Below are positions 57,734 through 64,000 of a DNA stretch of 64,000 bases, in pieces. The position numbers were made by a program, and so were the translations under genes. The stretch is from the IMG/VR virus record IMGVR_UViG_3300022752_004330, positions 49,690-113,689 of that record, one strand, 5' to 3'. Every line of letters begins with the position of its first letter. Position 1 is the first letter of the stretch. The DNA is from a virus. Below the pieces are notes generated by a model. The model saw only the letters and a program-made list of their open reading frames with translations. It ran no database searches and was not told where the DNA came from.

Positions 57734-58819
57734 TTAATAACCATATCTAGCTTTAGATGATTGATATATTCCTAAAACTTCTTCAGAAGTAAGTGATCTA
57801 TTGTAAATTAAAACTTGAGACAGCCTTCCATTTAGTAAATTTCCCGGATTCCCGTAAGTGGCGATTCTTGCAGAACCATCACCAGATAACCCCGTTTTTT
57901 GTGCTGTGTAGGTGCTATCTTGAACTCCATTTATGTATAAGACCATGCCATCAGTGGTATTAAATGTCAATGCAGCATGATACCATGTTGAGTTACTAAA
58001 GGTCGCAGTGGAGGGGTAAGTTGCAGGAAATCCTGTCCATCCTGTATGTCCGCTGTATAATCTATTAGTATTGTTGAAAAACATATAATGTTGACCAGTA
58101 TCGCTGCTAATGAGATTGTTGTCAAATGTAGCATTGAGATAAAACCAAACACACTTTGTATATGATGTTGCTGACATTACACTACCAGCTATGGTTCCGT
58201 ATTGAGTAGTGCCATTAAAGGTAAAATATCCTCCATTATTAGAACTATAAGTAGGAGAAGCAAACAATGTAATATCATTTGAAGGACTAGCTAGATCATA
58301 CCAAGTGCTGCCTGAACCTGTGTAACTGGAGGGATAGCTTGCGTCTGCCCATACTACTAATCCAGAACTAGGTATTCCACCCCATGGTCGACCAAGAATT
58401 AAACCTCCTGAGTTAGTGTTATTAAAGGTAGTGGTGTTATTAACAAAGGTAGTTGGCAATTCCGCTAATATATAGGCATTTCTTGTGCGATAAAAGGTAG
58501 CAGTGGTAACTCCTGCTGCTTTACGTCTAAGTTGAGCAAGATCTAATTTTAAAATTTGTCTTTGTTGTTTGGTCCAGGTACTTGTACTAGAAATATTATT
58601 ACTGCTGTAAATTGTTCCGCTGTTAGCAACATTATAAAAGCCTATAGTGGCAGTATTAACCATTTCAACATTATTATAATACAACTGCATGATTGTTGTT
58701 GTAACACCTGTGGCTGTGTTTATAGCTTGTTTTAATTGAAGAATAGTTGTTGTTGTGGTAACAGTATAAACATTTTTTGTTCCACTGTTTAAAAAACTTT
58801 GAACATAGTAATCAGGCAC
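57734..58819 (-). CDS. ubiquitin-like domain plus LamG virion protein
   Basis: GTG start after GGAGAG; residues ~1-72 match the ubiquitin pattern; LamG motifs SYTGSGSTWYDL and IYNRSLTSEEV. Confidence 0.75.
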   Translation of the reverse strand: MPDYYVQSFLNSGTKNVYTVTTTTTILQLKQAINTATGVTTTIMQLYYNNVEMVNTATIGFYNVANSGTIYSSNNISSTSTWTKQQRQILKLDLAQLRRKAAGVTTATFYRTRNAYILAELPTTFVNNTTTFNNTNSGGLILGRPWGGIPSSGLVVWADASYPSSYTGSGSTWYDLASPSNDITLFASPTYSSNNGGYFTFNGTTQYGTIAGSVMSATSYTKCVWFYLNATFDNNLISSDTGQHYMFFNNTNRLYSGHTGWTGFPATYPSTATFSNSTWYHAALTFNTTDGMVLYINGVQDSTYTAQKTGLSGDGSARIATYGNPGNLLNGRLSQVLIYNRSLTSEEVLGIYQSSKARYGY

Positions 58820-58821
58820 GA

Positions 58822-59133
58822 TTACTCTCCCATCTTATGCTGATGAGCCGGAAATAAACTAATGCTATTACTCTTCATATCAGCAGGATTTTTTGGACCA
58901 TTTAGCCCCCCTCCTGCATCAACAGTGACAGAATCTAATCCAGATACTTTTATTGCTGGACTGTTATTGTACATTTGTTCATGATCTTGACTGAGTAGAT
59001 CAAATATTTGTTTAAATCTATTTGTATCTACACCTGTTTGAATTGGTTCAATTTCAGGTTCATTTTGTGTTGTTTTGCAATCAATTTGATCAACAAGATT
59101 TAAAACATTTCTAATAATGTCGGTTGCTCTCAT
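58822..59133 (-). CDS. hypothetical virion protein
   Basis: MRATDIIRNVL leader; AGGGLNGPKNPADM. Confidence 0.7.
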   Translation of the reverse strand: MRATDIIRNVLNLVDQIDCKTTQNEPEIEPIQTGVDTNRFKQIFDLLSQDHEQMYNNSPAIKVSGLDSVTVDAGGGLNGPKNPADMKSNSISLFPAHQHKMGE

Positions 59134-59167
59134 AATAGATTATTTATTCTCTCTATGTTAATGATTA

Positions 59168-59189
59168 TTGTAATAATTCTGTAATTATT
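59168..59189 (+). promoter_or_regulatory. Pho box upstream of phoX
   Basis: TTGTAAT-AATT-CTGTAAT, 11-bp direct repeat. Confidence 0.65.
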
Positions 59190-59244
59190 ATATGCTAATA
59201 TAAATGTAAATATTATCAACAATCATTTACATAGGAGAAAGCAG

Positions 59245-61458
59245 ATGATTACAGAGACCGAGAATATGTCTAACAATCCGCACATCAGCGATGTGATCAA
59301 AGAAATGTTAGGCAACCCAAATCGCCGAAGTTTCCTAAAAGGAAGTTCGGCTTTTTTTACGGCCGCAGCAGGTGCTACTTTGGCCAGTTGTGCCAGTGGG
59401 GATGATGATCAATTCACTCGTCCAACAGCCTTAACTTTCCAAGCAGTCCCCAAGAATACAGCAGATAAGATCACACTGCCACCGGGTTATCAATTCACCG
59501 TGCTACATGCTACCGGTGACAGACTCAATGCTTCTATATCAGCCTACTCAAACAAAGGCGCAGAAACAGATGACTGGTCCGCTCGTATCGGTGATCACCA
59601 TGATGGAACAGAACTATTTCACATTGATGCCAGTGGAAAATATACTAAAAATATGACCGACCGTGCCATATTATGTGTAAATCATGAAAGTTCAGCAGAC
59701 GCACATTTCTTCCATCCTAACGGACAGACCAGTAATGGTGTGAATGGTAAGAAGTATGATCAATTTGGTCAGTGGGATCTGGGCACAAGACCTGCTCTGG
59801 AAGCACTGAAAGAAATGAATCATCATGGTGTAAGTATTGTAGAGATCAACAAAGGCAGCGCAGGTTGGGCAGTAAAGTTAGACAGCGCCTACAACCGCAG
59901 AGTAAATGCCCAGACTGTGGCTCGTGTTGCAGGTCCAGCAGCAGAGTTGGCCAATATCAAGGCCCTGCTGGCTACCAAGTATGATCCCACAGGTGCTACT
60001 GCTCGTGGCACACTAAACAACTGCGGAACAGGATATACTCCATGGGGCACATTCCTAACCTGTGAAGAAAACTGGGCCACATATTTTGCCATGCCCAAGG
60101 GCAGTGCTGCTCCAGATGCTCGCATGACACAAACACGTAGTCGTTATGGTGTGCGTAATGTGCCATATGCTGCCACTGCTACCACAGGTAATTCACAAGG
60201 ATGGCACACAGTTACAGATCAGCCAGATACTAATTTTAGATTTAGTCGTTGGGATGTCAGCATCAAAGGTGCTACTGAAAAAGACGACTTCCGGAACGAA
60301 CCACAGACCTTCGGTTACATTGTAGAGATCGATCCTACCCAGCCAAACAGCCAGCCTGTTAAACGAGTGGCCATGGGAAGGACGGCTCACGAAGCCTGTG
60401 TGTTCGGCCGCCTGGAAGCAGGCAAGCCAGTGACATTTTATATGGGCTGTGACAGTCGCAATGAATACATTTACAAGTGGGTCAGCACCAAGACTTGGGA
60501 TCCTGCTGATGTTGGTGGTGGCACAGCCGCTGGTGACAAATATCTCAACGATGGTAAATTGTATGTGGCCAAATTTGCTGCCGATGGTACAGGCATGTGG
60601 ATAGAATTAAGTATCACTAATCCTGCTATTGCCAACTATGCTACTTTCAAGTTTAACAATCAAGCAGAAGTATATGTATTCACTCGTTTGGCAGCAGACG
60701 CAGTAGGTGCTACCAAGATGGATCGTCCAGAGTGGGGTGCTGTGAATCCGCTAAATGGTGAAGTCTATTTCGCACTGACTAACAACTCAGCAAGTAATCG
60801 CACACCAATGACTACTGATGCTGCTAACCCAAGAAGTTATGCTGATCCTGATGGCTTGGTTAGAACAGGCAATCCTAACGGTCATATCATTCGCTGGCGT
60901 GAAGGCACAACAGGTTTAGTATTCCAATGGGATATCTTTGTGTTTGGTTCAGAAGAAGATAATGCTGCCAGCAATATTTCTAAATTGACAGCCAATAATT
61001 CATTCAGTAGCCCAGACGGTTTATGGTTTAGCAAGGCCACAGGCCTGTGCTGGATTCAGACTGACGACGGTGCCTACACTGATGAAGTTCATAATCAATT
61101 GTTAGTGGCTATTCCTGGTCAGGTTGGAGATGGTGGTGCTAAGACTATTACCAACACACTGAGCGGTGCTACTAAGGATCAGGCCACATTTGTTGGTGCT
61201 GAATTAGGTGAGACCAAATTGCGTAGGTTTATGACAGGACCGGCAGGTTGTGAAATCACTGGTATTGCCGAATCAGCAGATGGTCGTGCTATATTTGTTG
61301 GAGTTCAACATCCAGGCGAAGATACCACTGCGGCTTTTTGGACAGGCACTGCTCCACAAAGTCAATGGCCAGGTAATGCTGGTTATGGAACAGCAGGTCG
61401 CCCACGATCAGCAACAATTGTTATCACAAGAGTTGACGGCGGCCTAATAGGCGTCTAA
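59245..61458 (+). CDS. phoX: PhoX family alkaline phosphatase, Tat-exported lipoprotein
   Basis: RRSFLKG, LASC, GDHHDG, VNHE, GTLNNC, TPWGTFLTCEEN, MDRPE, SPDGL, EITG, VQHPGE. Confidence 0.95.
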   Translation: MITETENMSNNPHISDVIKEMLGNPNRRSFLKGSSAFFTAAAGATLASCASGDDDQFTRPTALTFQAVPKNTADKITLPPGYQFTVLHATGDRLNASISAYSNKGAETDDWSARIGDHHDGTELFHIDASGKYTKNMTDRAILCVNHESSADAHFFHPNGQTSNGVNGKKYDQFGQWDLGTRPALEALKEMNHHGVSIVEINKGSAGWAVKLDSAYNRRVNAQTVARVAGPAAELANIKALLATKYDPTGATARGTLNNCGTGYTPWGTFLTCEENWATYFAMPKGSAAPDARMTQTRSRYGVRNVPYAATATTGNSQGWHTVTDQPDTNFRFSRWDVSIKGATEKDDFRNEPQTFGYIVEIDPTQPNSQPVKRVAMGRTAHEACVFGRLEAGKPVTFYMGCDSRNEYIYKWVSTKTWDPADVGGGTAAGDKYLNDGKLYVAKFAADGTGMWIELSITNPAIANYATFKFNNQAEVYVFTRLAADAVGATKMDRPEWGAVNPLNGEVYFALTNNSASNRTPMTTDAANPRSYADPDGLVRTGNPNGHIIRWREGTTGLVFQWDIFVFGSEEDNAASNISKLTANNSFSSPDGLWFSKATGLCWIQTDDGAYTDEVHNQLLVAIPGQVGDGGAKTITNTLSGATKDQATFVGAELGETKLRRFMTGPAGCEITGIAESADGRAIFVGVQHPGEDTTAAFWTGTAPQSQWPGNAGYGTAGRPRSATIVITRVDGGLIGV

Positions 61459-61468
61459 AATAACACAA

Positions 61469-61487
61469 AGGGGCTTCGGCCCCTATT
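61469..61487 (+). terminator. hairpin between phoX and pstS
   Basis: AGGGGC-TTCG-GCCCCT. Confidence 0.6.
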
Positions 61488-61506
61488 AAATCTCTAAAGG
61501 AAAATT

Positions 61507-62514
61507 ATGAAACGATTTATCGCAGCCGTTGCGACTGCTCTATTCGCAACCCTGGCGCAGGCACAGATTACGGGTGCTGGTGCTACATTCCCCTATCCTA
61601 TCTATGCCAAATGGGCAGAAGCCTATCAAAAACAAACCGGCGTTGGACTAAACTATCAGAGCATTGGTAGTTCAGGTGGTATTCGTCAAATCAACGCAAA
61701 GACCGTGACATTCGGTGCCACAGACGCACCAGTAAAAGGAGAAGATCTTGAAAAACTTGCTCAAATTCAATTCCCTGCCATCATCGGCGGCACGGTGCCT
61801 GTGGTCAATCTGGAAGGGTTTAAGCCAGGTGAACTTCGCATCACAGGACCTGTGCTTGCCGAAGTGTTTATGGGGGACATCACGAAGTGGAATGATCCAA
61901 AACTACAGGCATTGAATCCAGGTAAGAAACTACCAGACCAAAATATCACTGTAGTTCATCGTGCTGACGGATCTGGCACTACTTTCAATTGGACCGACTA
62001 CTTGGCTGTAATCAGTCCAGAATGGGAAAAGCGTGTAGGTCGCGGTGCCGCAGTAAAATGGCCTGCTACCAGTTCAGTTGGTGGCAAGGGCAACGAGGGT
62101 GTTGCTGCTAATGTAAATAGAATCAAAGGCAGTATAGGTTATGTTGAGTATGCTTATGTAAAGAAAAACAATATGAATTTTATGTTGTTACAGAATAAAC
62201 ACGGTGTTTTTGTTGCCCCTGATGATCTTACATTTGCAGCAGCCGCAGCAGGAGCGGATTGGTTCTCGGTTCCAGGAATGGGCTTGAGTATTGTAAATCA
62301 GGGCGGCAAGGATACTTGGCCTGTTACCACAGCCAGTTTTATTATAATGTATAAGGATCCTGCGGATAAAAAGGCCAGCCAAGAAGTTTTAAAATATTTT
62401 GACTGGGCATTTAAGAACGGCAAGAAACTCAGCGAAGAACTTGACTATGTTCATTTACCTGAGAAACTACAGGCAGATATTCGCAGTCGTGTTTGGAGCC
62501 AAATCAAACATTAA
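61507..62514 (+). CDS. pstS: phosphate ABC transporter substrate-binding protein
   Basis: GAGATFPYP, YQSIGSSGG, FGATD, HRADGSGTT, GKGNEGV, IGYVE. Confidence 0.97.
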   Translation: MKRFIAAVATALFATLAQAQITGAGATFPYPIYAKWAEAYQKQTGVGLNYQSIGSSGGIRQINAKTVTFGATDAPVKGEDLEKLAQIQFPAIIGGTVPVVNLEGFKPGELRITGPVLAEVFMGDITKWNDPKLQALNPGKKLPDQNITVVHRADGSGTTFNWTDYLAVISPEWEKRVGRGAAVKWPATSSVGGKGNEGVAANVNRIKGSIGYVEYAYVKKNNMNFMLLQNKHGVFVAPDDLTFAAAAAGADWFSVPGMGLSIVNQGGKDTWPVTTASFIIMYKDPADKKASQEVLKYFDWAFKNGKKLSEELDYVHLPEKLQADIRSRVWSQIKH

Positions 62515-62531
62515 TGTAATAAATCTGTAAA
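62514..62531 (+). promoter_or_regulatory. second Pho box
   Basis: ATGTAAT-AAAT-CTGTAAA. Confidence 0.55.
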
Positions 62532-62606
62532 AATAAAACACGCAGATAATTGTAAATAAGGGAGGAAGGTCATAAGCCTTCCTCTCATAGCATAAGGAGC
62601 CACAAA

Positions 62607-62852
62607 ATGAAACTTGAGATGCGTGCCTGGGACTTGGATGTCCGTATTGAATTAGAAGATGATGATAGCCTAGATCAATTACAGGTTCTTACACATGTAA
62701 GAGACCTATTAGATGTTTTAAGTAACTACGAAAAAGTCAATGTCCGTATTGAACAAATCAGTGAAGAAGATCATAGCGACGACGATCATAGCGACGACGA
62801 TCATAAAGAAGTAGCAGTAGAAGAAAAAGCCGATTATCGTTTCGCAGCCTAA
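62607..62852 (+). CDS. acidic small protein ending in ssrA-like degron
   Basis: AAGGAG SD; DDHS repeats (15-bp repeat 62769-62805); C-terminus KADYRFAA. Confidence 0.75.
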   Translation: MKLEMRAWDLDVRIELEDDDSLDQLQVLTHVRDLLDVLSNYEKVNVRIEQISEEDHSDDDHSDDDHKEVAVEEKADYRFAA

Positions 62853-62896
62853 AACGACCATAAGATTGAATGGTGCTGGACGCTCGTAACCAGCAG

Positions 62897-62923
62897 TAGG
62901 GCCCAAGAGGCCCTATTTTTTTT
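62897..62923 (+). terminator. intrinsic terminator
   Basis: TAGGGCC-CAAGA-GGCCCTATTTTTTT. Confidence 0.85.
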
Positions 62924-62987
62924 GTTCAAGACTGGACATTAATATAAATGTAATATTTTTTTTGCGTTCGCACAAGTAAATACTGGT

Positions 62988-63767
62988 ATGGAGCGTACCT
63001 ATAACAGTATTTTTATCAGCGACACGCACCTTGGCAGCAAAGGCTGTCAAGCAGATATTCTCAATAATTTTCTCAAACATAATACCTGCCATCAACTGTA
63101 TCTTATAGGTGATATCATAGATGGATGGAAAATACAGCAGAACAAGTGGCGTTGGAACCAAAGCCATACCAATGTGGTTCGCCGAATACTGGGACATGCC
63201 AAAAGAGATACCAAAGTAGTTTATATAGCAGGCAATCATGATGAATTTCTAAGACCCATGATACCCTATAACATGACCTTTGGTCGTATTGAGATAGCCA
63301 ATCAATGCGAACATCGGGGAATAGATGGTAAGAAATATTTGGTCATACATGGTGATCTCTTTGATGGTATAACAAGACTGGCACCGTGGATCAGTTTTTT
63401 AGGAGACAAGGCCTATGACCTACTACTCATATTCAATACTGCCTTTAATCGCTGGAGGCATAGATTTGGATTCGGCTATTGGAGTCTTAGCCAGTTTCTT
63501 AAACAGCGTGTCAAGCGGGCTGTGGATTTTATTTTTCATTTTGAGCGTAATCTTGCTGACTATGGCCGTAAGCGTGGTTTTGACGGAGTCATCTGCGGAC
63601 ACATCCACAAACCAGAAATCAAAACCATAGATGAATTTGTCTATATGAATGATGGCGACTGGGTTGAATCATGCAGTGCTCTTGTTGAGCATCATGACGG
63701 GCGTTGGGAAATCATATATTGGAACCGGGGCAAAGATGATGTGGATCTTATTCCTCATAGTGGTTAA
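62988..63767 (+). CDS. PlcP/LpxH-like (COG2908) metallophosphoesterase
   Basis: FISDTHLG, GDIIDGW, GNHD, HGDLFD, CGHIH, NDGDWVESC. Confidence 0.85.
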   Translation: MERTYNSIFISDTHLGSKGCQADILNNFLKHNTCHQLYLIGDIIDGWKIQQNKWRWNQSHTNVVRRILGHAKRDTKVVYIAGNHDEFLRPMIPYNMTFGRIEIANQCEHRGIDGKKYLVIHGDLFDGITRLAPWISFLGDKAYDLLLIFNTAFNRWRHRFGFGYWSLSQFLKQRVKRAVDFIFHFERNLADYGRKRGFDGVICGHIHKPEIKTIDEFVYMNDGDWVESCSALVEHHDGRWEIIYWNRGKDDVDLIPHSG

Positions 63768-63924
63768 TATCTACGACTCCACAGACATACCGGGTCGCAT
63801 ACAATTACAGTATAGGGATCAGGCCACCTGCGAACAGGCCCTAAAGTCAATGACCAGTTATGTAAAGTTTCCTTGGTTTCGAGTAGAAGGACAGTGCGTT
63901 TTAATAAAAGATAAACAGAAATAA
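63736..63924 (+). CDS. small exported protein
   Basis: MMWILFLIVV...TCEQA...GQC. Confidence 0.6.
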   Translation: MMWILFLIVVNIYDSTDIPGRIQLQYRDQATCEQALKSMTSYVKFPWFRVEGQCVLIKDKQK

Positions 63925-64000
63925 TGTATAATTAATGTTTTAAAATAGGAGTTGACATGAATTTTTTTAATTTCCTTCAAATTTTCAATCCTTTTAATTT

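Noticed and set aside
1-64000. Bacterial chromosome origin suggested by dnaK, clpX, rpsU, ssrA and pstS
   Set aside because: These genes lack their usual operon partners (dnaJ/grpE, clpP/lon, pstCAB, smpB) and are interspersed with virion genes and phage-type small ORFs

Overview
This window is a 64-kb, AT-rich, gene-dense segment that reads as part of a large, probably jumbo, tailed phage in standard genetic code. Early genes carry near-consensus sigma70 promoters, and many putative late or virion genes are preceded by an ATAAATA motif. A Burkholderiales-type porin, PstS, AhpC/AhpD and a DUF3563-like gene point to a freshwater betaproteobacterial host (inference). The window contains virion/tail proteins, a PHP-less mini-DnaE, NrdAB with glutaredoxin, and a split helicase plus methyltransferase locus. 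It is rich in host-like genes for proteostasis and translation (DnaK, Hsp20, ClpS, ClpX, bS21, a circularly permuted two-piece tmRNA), heme oxygenase with a bilin reductase, AhpC/AhpD, and a Pho-box-led PhoX-PstS-PlcP-like phosphate module. The best candidate for an undescribed system is a family of three structured non-coding elements (AGGN4-5...CAGCAA...CCTGT closing stem) with tRNA-like inner arms. Two lie between a sigma70 promoter and a Ro60/TROVE-like DUF2828 gene, and one lies upstream of the mini-dnaE. Other highlights are a ubiquitin-fold domain fused to a LamG adhesin, an acidic Pho-box-led protein with an encoded ssrA-like degron, ROSE-like thermometers on hsp20 and dnaK, and host-regulator boxes (OxyR, PhoB, PhaR-like). 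All family assignments come from motif recognition by eye; no database searches were run.
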